Origin: Octopus bimaculoides
Lineage: Eukaryota
Direction: 5' to 3'
DNA length: 64,000 nt
Assembly (NCBI RefSeq): GCF_001194135.2
Contig: NC_068998.1
Location: 51,442,087-51,506,086 of the forward strand
The position numbers and the translations under genes are program-made. Every line of letters starts with the position of its first letter. The stretch's first letter is position 1. Of this stretch, positions 26,463 to 38,770 are shown piece by piece. Under the pieces are notes generated by a model. That model saw only the letters and a program-made list of their open reading frames with translations, ran no database searches and was not told the origin of the DNA.

Positions 26463-27091
26463 TAAACAACTGGCGTAACATTCAGTACGAAACATTAGTA
26501 AACTACACAGAATGTTGCTGCTGCTGTTACTGTTGTTCTTGTTGCTCCTGCTGCTACTGCTGCTGATGATGATGATGACGACTACGATACTGTTGTTTAT
26601 GTTGATGTTGTTGTTGCTGTAGTAGCTGGGTTTTTTTTAACTCTTTGAGCTCTGAAGAGCGGACATATCTACTCAAAATTTTATAACCATTAATTGCGGA
26701 AAGAGGTTTTACCTCATGACTTTGAAAAACGAAACTTCTCCTTATACCGGGAGAAGCAGAGACATTCCCAAATGACACTTTTTTTCTTTTACAAAAGAGC
26801 ATTTTTTTTTCCTTTCTTTAGATTTTCTTAATTCTTTCACATATTTTATCAAATATCTCTTAACAGAGCTAGAACCAAGTAACTTTTAGAGCTGGATATG
26901 AAAACCATGCCTACAGGAGGTATTGAAAAAATAATGCAGAAGCAGAAAATACCAATTCTATTTTTTGGTAAATAATTAATATCCTTACAGGAAAAAACCA
27001 TGAAACTTAATTTCATAGTCAAAGAATAATGCCCGTCCGATATTCCTACGAACAAAACCATTTCAACACTAACTAATGTGTTTATCAAACC

Positions 27092-27293
27092 CACAAGGCC
27101 AGCAATTTCAGGGGTTGGAGTAGGTCAGGGGTTCATCGACACCACTATTCAACTGGTACTTATTTTGTCGACCCCGAAAGGATGAAAGACGAAGTCACCC
27201 ACAGCGATATTTGAACTGAGGACGTAAAAACGGACGAAACGCCACCAAGCATTTTGTTCGGCGTGCTACCAGTTCTACCTGCTCGCCGCCTTA
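27092..27293 (-). mobile_element. SINE family A, full length
   Basis: Aligns end to end with 60680-60890. Confidence 0.9.
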
Positions 27294-27749
27294 CCCGCAG
27301 ATAGCACTGTGTAACACAATTTTTCTCCTTGGATACCAACTGTTATTTCCAAGTTGCTGACTTCTAGAAAGTATGAAAACTAGGCAAAATTTGCTTTTGC
27401 TATGATATTTATTCAAACCTCAAAGAATTCCTTTCATCACATGATTACGATGCCCCCGCCCACTACTCTTGCGCATGATCAGAGATGCATATATTGTCAG
27501 CCACTAAGGGACATTTTCAACTGTCTACGGTCAAGCAACTTACAAGCAAATCCGTGGTATTCAACAGAATATTTGCTATAACGATATTTCTGCTTCAGCA
27601 ACTCAGCGCCAGATCTGTCTGAAATGTAATGGAAAAGAGGTGATTCAAATCATTGATGTCCAAGTCACAAAAGCAAAGTTTGAAGGCAATAGAAGTCATA
27701 TCCTTCGATTTCTAGAGAGAAGCAAATAGGAAATAACACTCACTGAGCA

Positions 27750-28000
27750 AAGATGAAAGGCAAAGTCAAACTTACTGGAATTTGAACTCAGAACGTAAAA
27801 TCGGAAGAAATGCCGCCAAGAATTGTGTCCGGTCTACTTACTATTCTGCCAGCTCGCCAGTTTTATATTAATGATTTCAGATTTTGGCACAAGGGCAGCT
27901 AATTAGTGGGAGGGAGTAAGTCGAATACATGGACCCAGTGCTCAACTGGTATTTTATCGACTCGAAAAAGATGAAATGCAAAGTCGACCTCGGCGGAACC
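27750..28000 (-). mobile_element. Two adjacent SINE family A fragments
   Basis: gatgaaaggcaaagtc..tttgaactcagaacgt..attctgccagctcgcc, then gatgaaatgcaaagtcgacctcggcggaa. Confidence 0.8.
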
Positions 28001-28379
28001 CCGCCCTTATATTAACAATCCTTTATAACAACAACAATCCTTTCTACTCTCGGCAGAAGGCCTGAAACTTTGGTGGGGAAGAGGTGCTAACTGATTACAC
28101 TGACTCAAATGCTTCTCTCGTTCTTAATTGGTTTGCTAACGATTTTGCCAGCGAGTCACCTTGATGAAGTTACATAATGAAAGACGTTGTACAGTTTTAA
28201 GTTAACCAACACCTCTACCGTCAACACCAAACATCAAATATTACATAAAATCTGACGATAATTTATTCCGTTTTAATCTCGTTAACCAGATTACAGATTC
28301 GTCTCCATATTTTCTGTACAAATTAGAGAAATACACTGCAGATACAGACTACAACAGATTTTATGCAGCGAAGATGTCA

Positions 28380-28630
28380 GATGCTGTTGTTGCCGCCACC
28401 GCCGCCGCCGCCGCCGCCACCGCCACCGCCGCTGCTGCTGCTGCTGCTGCTGCTGTCGTTGTTGCAGCTGCCGCAGTTAATGTTATTGATGTTCTTGCTG
28501 TCGTTGCTGCTCCTATTGTTGCTGTTGTTGTTGTTGTTGCTAATTGTTTGTTCTTCGAGGTGTAGTTATTGATGTATTTGTTGCTATTGTTTTTGACGTC
28601 GTCGTCGTTGTTGTTGTTGTTATTGTTGCA
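28380..28630. repeat. (GCC)n/(GCT)n/(GTT)n trinucleotide tract
   Basis: Read directly. Confidence 0.9.
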
Positions 28631-28635
28631 AAATT

Positions 28636-28790
28636 ATTGCTACGCAGCGTTTTCTTCCGATTCATTATGTTCTGAGTTCAGACCCCACCGAGGTCGACTT
28701 CTCTTCCTTTCATCCTTCCGGGGTCGGTAAAATAAAGCAGATATCAAGCACTATGAGGACAATGCCCCTCCTCTCGAACTTTGCTGAAAT
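28636..28790 (+). mobile_element. SINE family A fragment
   Basis: gttctgagttcag..ccgaggtcgactt..ttcatccttccggggtcggtaaaataa. Confidence 0.8.
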
Positions 28791-28861
28791 TACGAAGAAT
28801 TATTGTTGCTGCTGTTGTTTTTGTTGTTGCTATTCCTGTCCCTGTTGTTGTTGCTGCTACT

Positions 28862-29122
28862 CTAGAGGATAAAGCTCATTCCCGAGCCATACAGACTCAC
28901 AGGACCGATTTCCCCCGTTTCTGTGACGTATATAGTACCCCATGGACGGGACGCAAATCGATCGTATGGTAACTCATTTTTGCCAGTTGAGTGGACAGGA
29001 GCAACATGAAAAGAAGCGCTTTGCCCAAGAACACAACGCATCACCCGGTCCAGGAATCGAAACCACAGTCATACGATTAAGAATCCAACTCCCTAACCAC
29101 TTAAGCCACACGCCTCCACATG
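28862..29122 (-). mobile_element. tRNA-headed SINE family E variant
   Basis: Reverse complement tgtggaggcgtgtggcttaagtggttaggg..gtttcgattcctggaccggg..ttgtgttcttgggcaa..ttgctcctgtccactcaactggc; A and B boxes present. Confidence 0.85.
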
Positions 29123-29214
29123 CTGCTACTTTGATCGAAGCCCTCTATGTTCGATCAGGTCAAGTCTGGTTGTTATTACTATTGTTTCTATTTAGCCCTA
29201 GACGATCCCTAGTC

Positions 29215-30005
29215 GTGCGGAACCTTTGGACAACATTTTCCAAGGGATCTTTCTTTTTAAGATGCTAAGGTGCGATCTGAGAGAGATTCAGCCGCTATTT
29301 CTAGCCGAATGAGTAACCACATACCGGGACCCTTGTCTCAATGTCTGCTGCGGTTGATGTTTAGTCTCAGATTATCTCTGAACGATCAGATTTATGATCA
29401 GAGGTGTTTCAGCGGTTATAATCCCTTTATTTTTCTTCTCCGACTACATAATCCAATGTGTCCTTTCTTTTATAAGACTGTCTGTGTTTGATTTGAGAGA
29501 TATTTTGTTGTTATTTCTAACAGGACGAGTGGTCACTTAGAAGTTTCCTCACCCTCGTTAACTACTGCCACTTCTCTGTATATTTTGATATTATTCTCTG
29601 CATAGGTAGGTCAATGGAATTCGATCTGAACACGACAGCTGTTACTCATTATCACCTTTCAATGTACCGCCGCCATTGCCACAATCACCGACATCACCGC
29701 CTTCTCCTCTTCCACCGCTGCTGGTATCGTTATTTTTTATGTTGTTGTTATAATCATCGTCGTTGCTTTGTGTAGCTCAAAAGCTGCCCTAATCTAACTG
29801 GCGTTTGATCAAAAGGCATTGCAGCTGTGAACATTTAGCCTAATTTTCATACATACATACATCCCTACATACATACAATAACTGGAACGAGATTATCTAA
29901 GATAACATGCTTTTTTCTTTTAATTCTATAGAGTACAATTTGAAGGCGATTTAACCGCTGTTACTTCTAGCAGATCGATCAGCCGCTTATAGGTATCCCT
30001 CGTCG
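29215..30005. repeat. Two or three copies of dispersed repeat family F
   Basis: gctatttctag..gagtaaccacat at about 29295, ttatttctaacaggacgagtggtcactt at about 29510, ttacttctagcagatcgatcagcc at about 29960. Confidence 0.7.
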
Positions 30006-30634
30006 GCTCGTCTCAATTACCGTACGTCAGCAAATATTTCTTTGCCGTTTTAGGAGCTCTTGGCTGATGACTAAGCTGTTGACTATTGAGTCACTACAAT
30101 ACTGCTGCTGTATTATATAATAAAACCTAGATGCGACTGAATCGATAACGTATCACAATGCTTACGGAGAGAAGAAATTCCGTTGCAGATGTTACGCAAT
30201 TTCTCTGAATAAAAAAAAATCTTTATCGCCATATTGTGTCTTTCGTCGCTCGATATAATGTCACCATCAGGTATTTAGGTGAATTTAGAGGAGTCCACTC
30301 TGTCATGAGTTATGTTCATGACAGGTGGGAAGCATAGAGATAACTTCCTTGCTTTCTTTTCCTCCCACCAGCATTTGAGGCCCTGAGCAAAAGTCATGGA
30401 TGGTACCCTTTCACCTTTCGATAAATCATTACATTTTTTCCCTTTAAACAATACAATATGGCGACCACACTTGTTCATGAGAATGTCGGCCATCATAGAT
30501 CTAAGTTAGACAACAGTTTTGTTTACTTTGTTTCTTTCTTACATTCTCTTTCTGTCAGTCTTTTTCTCTTTCTCCTTCTCTTCGTCTATCTCTCTCTTAA
30601 TCACTTACTCTAACTCTTTCTCTGTCTCTATCAC

Positions 30635-30775
30635 TCTAACGACTTGCACCTGAGTGGCGATAATCAACGATTCAGTTTCTTCCTTCGGCTTTCCATCTGT
30701 CAGCCACAAGTATTCTTTACCTCAAACATCCTCGGTTTGTTGCATGACTAGACCATATTCTTCCTTGATAAAGTC
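30635..30775 (-). mobile_element. R4/Dong-like LINE fragment (post-RT region)
   Basis: Translation QQTEDV*GKEYLWLTDGKPKEETESLIIATQVQVVR resembles the WL..G.LK.ETE.LI.AAQ.Q motif of RLE-clade LINEs. Confidence 0.7.
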
Positions 30776-31004
30776 AAAGATTAATAAAACCAGGTCGAGA
30801 GCAAATACAAAATACGAGAAATGGAGTGGCTGCAGTAAGTGGGTGCAACAAGCTAGCGTAAAAGGAGTATAAATGCAGGAATGATTATGTCGATAAAAGA
30901 GTGTAATGGGATGCGAGCTAAGTTTATGGATCCGAAGTAACAGAAAAGTCATAAGAACACGAGTTTGAAGCTTTGACGAAAAATGATAATTATAGGATTT
31001 TGTG

Positions 31005-31285
31005 GAATTCGTCTTTCGCTACAGCCACTAGACAAATAACAATTGCCTGCCCCTCCCGGCCAAAAGAGGGTGGCGGAGCAATCCTCACAATGGATTCAGC
31101 TGATAGCCGGATGCGTCCCACACGCGACAGCAGGTGTTCGACATAAACCCACAGATCAGCAATACTCGGGCACTGGACTAGGGCGTGCAGAACGGTTTCA
31201 TTCTTCCGGGCGCACCTCGGGCAGGCCCCGGCTGACGGCACTTCCGTGCCTGTATAGTTTGTCCCGAACAGGCCCGGAGTTTTGA
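31005..31285 (-). mobile_element. Tx1/L1-like LINE fragment (zf-RVT region)
   Basis: PVRDKLYRHGSAVS / ACPRCARKNETVLHALVQCPSIADLW: CxxC..E..H...C zinc-binding motif, with a frameshift. Confidence 0.8.
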
Positions 31286-31299
31286 GGATAGAGGCGCTT

Positions 31300-31450
31300 A
31301 ACTGCGAATGATCCCAATATTTGACAGGTTCGATATTTTATCGAAGTCGAATGGATGAAATGTGTAGTTAACCTAAGTAGAGTTTTGAACTTGGAACGCA
31401 AAGGGAGCGGATGAAACACTGCAAAGCATTTCTTCCGAATAACAATAACG
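31300..31450 (-). mobile_element. SINE family A, degenerate
   Basis: attttatcga..ggatgaaatg..ttttgaacttggaacg..gcaaagcatt. Confidence 0.6.
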
Positions 31451-32258
31451 GAATTAAATATGGACCTAATCACTATTCGAAACAAGTTTCTCTCAGATTC
31501 ACTCCGTTACCCACTTAATCCTGATTTACGGAAATACACGAAAATGCACGACACACAACGATGTAGTCGTTATAGCAACGTTAGTAGTGTTGTTTGTGTT
31601 TGTGGTTCTTGAAAGCAATTTATTATGGCATTCTTGTACTCTTGCATGTCATCTATACTCTGAAGATGTCGGTATGATACGATATGGTCATAATCATTTA
31701 GCAACCACTGCGGAAAGAGAAAAAACAGAAAAGAACAGTTATTTATCTTATTATTGTTTCTCTTTGTTTATTTATTTATTTATTTTATCTCGCGACTGGA
31801 ATGTCATTTGATAATAAATGACTACTCGGATACATGTAGATATGAATAATGTATCATCTCTGCGAGGATAGAATGCGACGAAAGAATGTATGAATAGACG
31901 AAATTCTGTTATAGATGTATGTGGGTGTAGGTGGGTGGATGTGTGTACATAGATATATATCATCATCATCATTATGTAACGTACGTTTTCTATGCTGATA
32001 TATATATATATATATATATANNNNNNNNNNNNNNNNNNNNNNNNNNNNNNNNNNNNNNNNNNNNNNNNNNNNNNNNNNNNNNNNNNNNNNNNNNNNNNNN
32101 NNNNNNNNNNNNNNNNNNNNNNNNNNNNNNNNNNNNNNNNNNNNNNNNNNNNNNNNNNNNNNNNNNNNNNNNNNNNNNNNNNNNNNNNNNNNNNNNNNNN
32201 NNNNNNNNNNNNNATATATATATATATATATACGGAGAGAGAGAGAGAGAGGGAGATA

Positions 32259-32470
32259 GGAGGCGCAATGGCCCAGTGTTTAGGGCAGCGAACTCGTGGT
32301 TGGAGGATTTCGATTCCCAGATCAGGCGTTGTGTGTGTTTATTGAGCGAAAAACACCTAAAGCTCTACGAGGCTCCGGCAGAGGGTGGTGGCGACCCCTG
32401 TTGTACTCTTTTACCCCAACTTTCTCTCACTCTTTCTTCCTGTTTCTTGTGTAACGCTGCGACACATTTC
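32259..32470 (+). mobile_element. SINE family C (tRNA-like head)
   Basis: ggaggcgcaatggcccagtgtttagggcagcgaactc..tttcgattcccaga..attgagcgaaaacacctaaagct. Confidence 0.9.
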
Positions 32471-32524
32471 AATGTTTGCTGATCATACTGATAATATATA
32501 TTCCTACATACCTACATATTCCAA

Positions 32525-32556
<32 letters not shown>

Positions 32557-32714
32557 CGTGTGTGTATGTGTGTGTGTTTTAAAAAATTGATTCGCATTCC
32601 GTGGTACTTCGAGTTCTTCAGGCCCCTAACGGAGCCCGTCTCCTTCAGACTTCTGGAATGACCAGATGAATGAAGAGGTCGAGGGTGAAGAGGTCCAAGA
32701 TGGCTACTGTAAGA

Positions 32715-33137
32715 TGAGCTGCTATTGATCTGCTAGTCGATGGTCTGCCACAACGTGAATCCCTGTACACTGAGGTGCGGCCATCTTTGTACTATTTTTT
32801 AATTTGTGTTTTTCCCATAGCATCATCTCCAAAGGCCTTCTGAATCTTCTCGTTAGTCTGGGCTTGCGTATCACCAAGTTTTTGGCAGAATTTGATACAG
32901 TATTTTTGCTCAATGCACTCGGGCATCTTGACTTCAAAGAAAAAACCGCACAACACACTCTTCATGTCTGTATTCAACGTGCCACTGTGGATGAATGGCG
33001 CAACCCACAGACACGAAACATTTTGCGCATACTCAGGAAAGATGCGGTCACCTAATACCCATGCGGATTTTGCTCACGTATTATTATTCTGTGCAAAAAC
33101 ATTCAAGGTTGTATACTTTTTGACTATACCTCGTATA
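32715..33137 (-). mobile_element. Mariner-type transposon 5' end (TIR plus N-terminal HTH)
   Basis: Translation MPECIEQKYCIKFCQKLGDTQAQTNEKIQKAFGDDAMGKTQIKK..YKDGRTSV..DSRCGRPSTS; terminal TA-cgaggtatagtcaaaaagt at 33137. Confidence 0.88.
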
Positions 33138-33159
33138 TACACATACGTATGTATGTATG

Positions 33160-33208
<49 letters not shown>

Positions 33209-34049
33209 NNNNNNNNNNNNNNNNNNNNNNNNNNNNNNNNNNNNNNNNNNNNNNNNNNNNNNNNNNNNNNNNNNNNNNNNNNNNNNNNNNNNNNNNNNNN
33301 NNNNNNNNNNNNNNNNNNNNNNNNNNNNNNNNNNNNNNNNNNNNNNNNNNNNNNNNNNNNNNNNNNNNNNNNNNNNNNNNNNNNNNNNNNNNNNNNNNNN
33401 NNNNNNNNNNNNNNNNNNNNNNNNNNNNNNNNNNNNNNNNNNNNNNNNNNNNNNNNNNNNNNNNNNNNNNNNNNNNNNNNNNNNNNNNNNNNNNNNNNNN
33501 NNNNNNNNNNNNNNNNNNNNNNNNNNNNNNNNNNNNNNNNNNNNNNNNNNNNNNNNNNNNNNNNNNNNNNNNNNNNNNNNNNNNNNNNNNNNNNNNNNNN
33601 NNNNNNNNNNNNNNNNNNNNNNNNNNNNNNNNNNNNNNNNNNNNNNNNNNNNNNNNNNNNNNNNNNNNNNNNNNNNNNNNNNNNNNNNNNNNNNNNNNNN
33701 NNNNNNNNNNNNNNNNNNNNNNNNNNNNNNNNNNNNNNNNNNNNNNNNNNNNNNNNNNNNNNNNNNNNNNNNNNNNNNNNNNNNNNNNNNNNNNNNNNNN
33801 NNNNNNNNNNNNNNNNNNNNNNNNNNNNNNNNNNNNNNNNNNNNNNNNNNNNNNNNNNNNNNNNNNNNNNNNNNNNNNNNNNNNNNNNNNNNNNNNNNNN
33901 NNNNNNNNNNNNNNNNNNNNNNNNNNNNNNNNNNNNNNNNNNNNNNNNNNNNNNNNNNNNNNNNNNNNNNNNNNNNNNNNNNNNNNNNNNNNNNNNNNNN
34001 NNNNNNNNNNNNNNNNNNNNNNNNNNNNNNNNNNNNNNNNNNNNNNNNN

Positions 34050-34395
34050 GTGTGTGCATATATACATATACATATGTATATACACATATATATGTTCATT
34101 TATATATATACATATATATATACATACACACATATATATGTACATATATATATAAATATGTATATATATATACATACGTATATATACACATATATATACA
34201 TGTACATATATATATACATATGTATACATATATATGTACATATATATATACATCATGTATATATACATATGTATACATATATATGTACATATACATATAT
34301 ATACACATATATGTACGTACGTATGTATGTATATATTTGCGTGAGTGTATAGGTATGTATGTATGTATGTATCTATGAATGTATGTATGCATGTG
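34050..34395. repeat. Degenerate (TA)/(TACA) microsatellite
   Basis: Read directly. Confidence 0.9.
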
Positions 34396-35157
34396 CTTTT
34401 ACATCGTATTACAAGAGTTACATTCTCAGCATTAATGACAGATTGAGCAGCAAAAATCCAAATCTTCCAGCAAATCGATAGATTCCAAGCTGATTTGTGA
34501 GTCTACGAGTCTCTGTGGAATTGGCAGGAAGCGAAGGAAGCAACAAATAATCAAATAATTTTATCCACTAAGCATCAATGATCTGATTGGCTTTCAGAAA
34601 TAATCTAACAAGGGAGATTCTACTAACGCAGTGATTGCTTTAGGTGTAGTAATATTTCGGCATGGTTAAATTGACGTTATTCAACAGAATCGACAGGACT
34701 GATGTTAAAGAATGGTTCTTCTAATCTTTTACATTAAAATCATTGCATAACGTAGTGAACGATGCTAAAGTATTACTTCAGCAGAAACATTAAATCCGCC
34801 ATATTGCATTCAAATCAAGACCAGGAATGAAAATGAATTTCGAAAGGTATCAATGTTCGAATTTACTGATTGTATTGGTAAAAATGTAGATTCAAAATAT
34901 GTGAATGAGGAGCCAAAAATCATTACCTGCCGTTTCGCTAAAGCCCGATTTATAAACAGCCATATACATACTTACAGCATTAAGCGTTACAAACTTTTAC
35001 TGTTATAAAAAGCGCGCAATATATATACACTGACAGGGGGACATAACCACGCCATGGGCGTCTCTAGGATCACTAGAGTAGACTAGTTTTGCTTATCAGT
35101 CGTAGGCTCGTCAGTGACTACTCAATTGTCCGAAGGTTTGGCTAAATACGGTTGTCA

Positions 35158-35425
35158 GTATAGACGCGATGGTACCCAAAACTAACCGGAAACGTTCTCA
35201 GTAGTTCTGGCTTCTGCCGCTAGAAGCCACTTGATGTGACTCTCATGGATCAGTCTGCCGACCGGTGTCATCCTCTTGCTTCGTACTGCTTCTTTGTTCT
35301 GCAGCGCTTCTCCCCTTTTCGATTTTTGCGATATAAAACGAAGGAACAGCATGATTTCGTGAAATTGTTTTCTGCCGGGGAAAACGGCAGCCAAAATAGC
35401 AGTCATGCTTCAAACAGCTTATATA
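35158..35425 (+). mobile_element. Second mariner 5' remnant
   Basis: KEQ..VK / CFLPGKTAAKIAVMLQTAY resembles a mariner HTH N-terminus; TIR-like cgcgatggtacccaaaactaaccgg upstream. Confidence 0.65.
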
Positions 35426-35434
35426 TATGTGTGT

Positions 35435-35660
35435 ACGTGTCAGTGTTTGTCCCTCCGCCATTGGTTGTTTATGTCCCCGTAAACCAGCGGTTCAGCAAAA
35501 GAGACCGACAGAATAAGTACTAGACTTACAAAGAACAAAGTCCTGGGATCGATTGAAAACCCTTTTTCAATCTGAAAAACCCTGAAAAACACTTTTAATG
35601 CGGTGCTCTAGCATGGCCGCAGTCAAACGACTGAAACAAGTAACAGAATAAAAGAATATA
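35435..35660 (+). mobile_element. SINE family B 3' half
   Basis: gcggttcagcaaaagagaccgacagaataagtactagac..gcggtgctctagcatggccgcagtcaaacgactgaaacaag. Confidence 0.88.
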
Positions 35661-35872
35661 TAAGAGATTATATAACTGGCAAGGGAACAACAAATTATGT
35701 AATGAGCTTCATTAGCGTAACGAATTTTTATAATTCCTGGTTCCCTTGTCATTTATGTAATCTCTTATTACGCTGTGAACTCGATTAATGTTTTCCTCTG
35801 AGGCATCCGTATTTTGAGTTCTAATAGCGGGTTATTAGTTTCGTTATGCGTAAGCAAATTAATAGAATACAT

Positions 35873-36412
35873 GCAGGGCGTTCGGGCTAAATTTGACAGT
35901 TTGTATAAAAAGGAAAGAAAACGCAATAGTCCGTTCAAAAATAAAAGTATTTTAAAAATTCAAGACATACCAAGCAGATAATGGTTGGATGGTAACAATT
36001 TGCTCGAAACAGCCGCTCTCAGTTTTTACCATACCCTCAAGATGGCTCCGGAATCTGGTGCATGCTTTCCTTAATATGACCCCGGGAATATCATTGTGAA
36101 CCCCCGCCTTGATCTTGGCGAACAGCTCGGCCTTGGTTTTGTATGCAGAGCGATTGGTGTCTTTCTCAACCGCACCAACACATTGTAAATTCATGGGATT
36201 ATGATCACGGGAATTAGGAAGCCAGAAATTGGATCTGGTGGAATCGTAGAAATTCTCCAGCAACTACTTCTGACACTTTCTGGAGTTATGGCAAGGAGAC
36301 AAACACTGTTGCCACACATATGAAATTCCAACAGCAACCATCCACTGTCAGGGATTCACTAGAGTCTCCAGCAGCATCACATAGCCATATGAATTGAGCT
36401 TAAGGCTCTGAT
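35873..36412 (-). mobile_element. Tc1/mariner maT (DD37D-like) transposase remnant with 3' terminus
   Basis: Translation LNSYGYVMLLETLVNP*..SYVWQQCLSPCHNSRKCQK*LLENFYDSTRSNFWLPNSRDHNPMN..VGAVEKDTNRS..KTKAELFAKIK..KACTRFRSHLEGMV: decayed QQD-APxH and WPPNSPDLNP motifs. Confidence 0.9.
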
Positions 36413-36494
36413 AATCAGGATGCTTGCTGTGTCCCTTCCTGCTGACCACAGCTTCTTTGTGTCCGTTGCAGCTGTCCAAGATAAAAGATAAAAG

Positions 36495-36766
36495 GTGCGT
36501 GTACGTAAGTGTGTGTTTGTGTATATGTATATGTGTTTGTGTGTGTGTGTGCGCACGTTTGTGTATGTGTGTGTATGCGTATGTCTATGTGTATGTATGC
36601 GCCTGTTTGTCTGTGTGTGTGCGCATGGATGTGCGTATATGTGTGTGCGCGTGTGTGTGTGTATGTGTGTGTGCATGTGCGAGTGTGTGATTGTGTGTGT
36701 GAGTGTTTTTGTTGATGTGTATACACACACACACATATATATATGTACATATATGTGTGTGTGTGA

Positions 36767-36815
<49 letters not shown>

Positions 36816-36822
36816 TATATAA

Positions 36823-36877
<55 letters not shown>

Positions 36878-36895
36878 CATGTACGTACATACAAG
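36495..36895. repeat. (TG)n/(TA)n compound microsatellite
   Basis: Read directly. Confidence 0.95.
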
Positions 36896-37094
36896 GGATC
36901 GACACATTTTTGGGGACAACTGAGAAGTGCAGCCTATAGACACTTAATGACAAACACACTTCTAAAGTAAAACAATGGAGAATGTGCATAATATTTCCGT
37001 TTGTGATTGCCCTTCCTGAACACGTATGTAAAAAAATTAATAAAAATGGACATGAAAATCTTATTACAATCATGCGATATGATTCAGACAATAC

Positions 37095-37830
37095 CACTCA
37101 GCTTTAGTAGTCCACACAGTCGCCTTTTCTTTCCGATTACATGCATCATTTGTTCGTTATTGTTTCTATCAGTCTTCTTTTGGTTCCTAAAATCCGTTTC
37201 CATAATTCTGCCTCATTTGTCACTTCTGGCCCTTCATACATAAGCTTTGACGACACTGTCCATATATTTTCAATTAAATTCAAGCCTGGATAGCTCGCCG
37301 CCCATTCTAGTGGACTTATTTCCACATCTCTCTTCCATTTCTTGACTGTCTTTGACACTTGAATGCTACAGTTAACCTGTTGGAGGATAAAATTATCTCT
37401 CATTTCTTTTCTAAGACTTTCGTTTGCAATAGCTGAATGTAACTCGTGCTGTTCTGCCTTTGTTTCGGCCACTCTAGCCAAAAATATCCCCTTGCAAAGA
37501 CTATTCCCAATGCCATTACTCCTCCTCCTCCGCCCATCTGCCTTTTGTCTAGCATCACTGGTTCATCTTTCTTTGGACCAAGAACACCAGTTGTTAGGTC
37601 CATTGGCCTTAAATCGCTTCTTGTTAAAATTTACTTCGGTAAAATCAACAGAGGTAGTTAACAATAATTGTGTGCAGTCTAACCTTGCTTTCTTATGTTT
37701 TTTTGCTTGAATGGATCTAATTCTTGGCCTTCATATGCTTGCACCCAATTTATTTAGGCATTCTTTGAACTATTCGAATATTTACATCTATTTCATATTT
37801 CTCCTTCACCTCTGTGCCGTTACGTATTTA
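37095..37830 (-). mobile_element. Tc1/Tc3-like (DD34E) transposase remnant
   Basis: Pieces HKKARLD..VNFNKKRFKANGP, KRQMGGGGGVMALG..RQNSTSY, QQVNCSIQVSKTVKKW..LEWAASYPGLNLIENIW correspond to DDE motifs (FSDEKKFNLDGPDG, QQDNA, SPDLNPIENLW). Confidence 0.88.
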
Positions 37831-37880
37831 TTGAATGCATCTTGTAATTTTATTTAAATATATAAGAGCAGAGGATCAGC

Positions 37881-38130
37881 GTGGAGACACATGGCCTAGT
37901 GGTTGGAGCAGCGGAGTCGACCCCCGGGTTCGAATCTGTGCGTTGATGAGCGAAACACCTAAGCTCCGATAGAAAGTAATGGCGAACTTCAGCTGACTCT
38001 TTCACCACAACTTTCTCTCACACTTTCCTCCTGCGACAGACCGGCATCCCGTAGAGGTGGGGAACCTATACGCCGGGGAAACTGGCCCTTATGAGCCAGG
38101 CATGGCTCGAGAAGGAACAAACAATAACAA
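37881..38130 (+). mobile_element. SINE family C with 3' tail
   Basis: gtggagacacatggcctagtggtt..gggttcgaatc..gagcgaaacacctaagct..ggcatggctcgagaaggaacaaacaa. Confidence 0.85.
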
Positions 38131-38132
38131 TA

Positions 38133-38265
38133 GGATCAGCAGAATCGTTAGAATATCGGTCGAAATGCTTTGATATATTTAGTTTTATGACTCTATGTTT
38201 TGAGCTCAAATCCCACTGAGCCGAGGAGAACTTTGCCTTTCATCTTTTCGGGGTCAATAATATTG
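38133..38265 (+). mobile_element. SINE family A fragment
   Basis: gcagaatcgttaga..gaaatgctt..actttgcctttcatcttttcggggtcaataa. Confidence 0.8.
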
Positions 38266-38269
38266 CTTG

Positions 38270-38770
38270 TTTTACTTAAGCGTTCGCTCCCTACGGAGCA
38301 GAGGCCATCGACGAGTTTTCTCCACGGTTTTCGACTCTGGGGTGTCTTTTCCTCTTCGCTTCCTGTTATTTTCTTCTCTGCCTCAGTATCCTGCTTCCAG
38401 CTATTTTTAGGGCATCCTCTCTCCCTTCAGGATTCCAGGTCAGAGCATAAGGTGGTATGCAGAACGCTCATTTCCCTTTCGGAGATCGCTGCACCGCATC
38501 ATGTTTTCGTGAGGAAAGCTCTTCCTCTCTCCAAAGTCGTTTTGGCTTTTAAGTTGTCATCAATGTTCCTGTAACTTAGCTTTTATTTTCAGGGTAGAAG
38601 TGTTGACCTTACACAAACCCATTTTTACATTTGGGACGAGGTGATTCTGATTAGTCTGGCCCCTATCTTTCGACTTGGCCAACATGGGAGACCCTACTAG
38701 GAGCTTCTTCTCTGGGATCCCTCTAAATCATTGAGGCACAGAAACTACAGCACTGCAACAATGACTGACT
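38270..38770 (-). mobile_element. RTE-clade LINE derivative (ORF C-terminus joined to putative 5' UTR)
   Basis: Minus-strand translation ALTWNPEGR/RGCPKNSWKQDTEAE..RKPWRKLVDGLCS is an RTE C-terminal motif; adjacent cgacttggccaacatgggagaccctactaggagc resembles RTE 5' UTRs from memory. Confidence 0.7.

Noticed and set aside
28363-28572. Poly-Pro/Leu/Ala ORFs (also poly-His 42593, poly-Gly/Val 9876, poly-Ser 47680)
   Set aside because: Trinucleotide tracts open in several frames, with no domain or splice support.
30300-30324. 9-bp perfect hairpin ctgtcatga/tcatgacag
   Set aside because: A few such hairpins are expected by chance in 64 kb.
31665-31705. ctgaagatg..-initiated hammerhead-like string
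   Set aside because: No GAAA and no convincing stem II.
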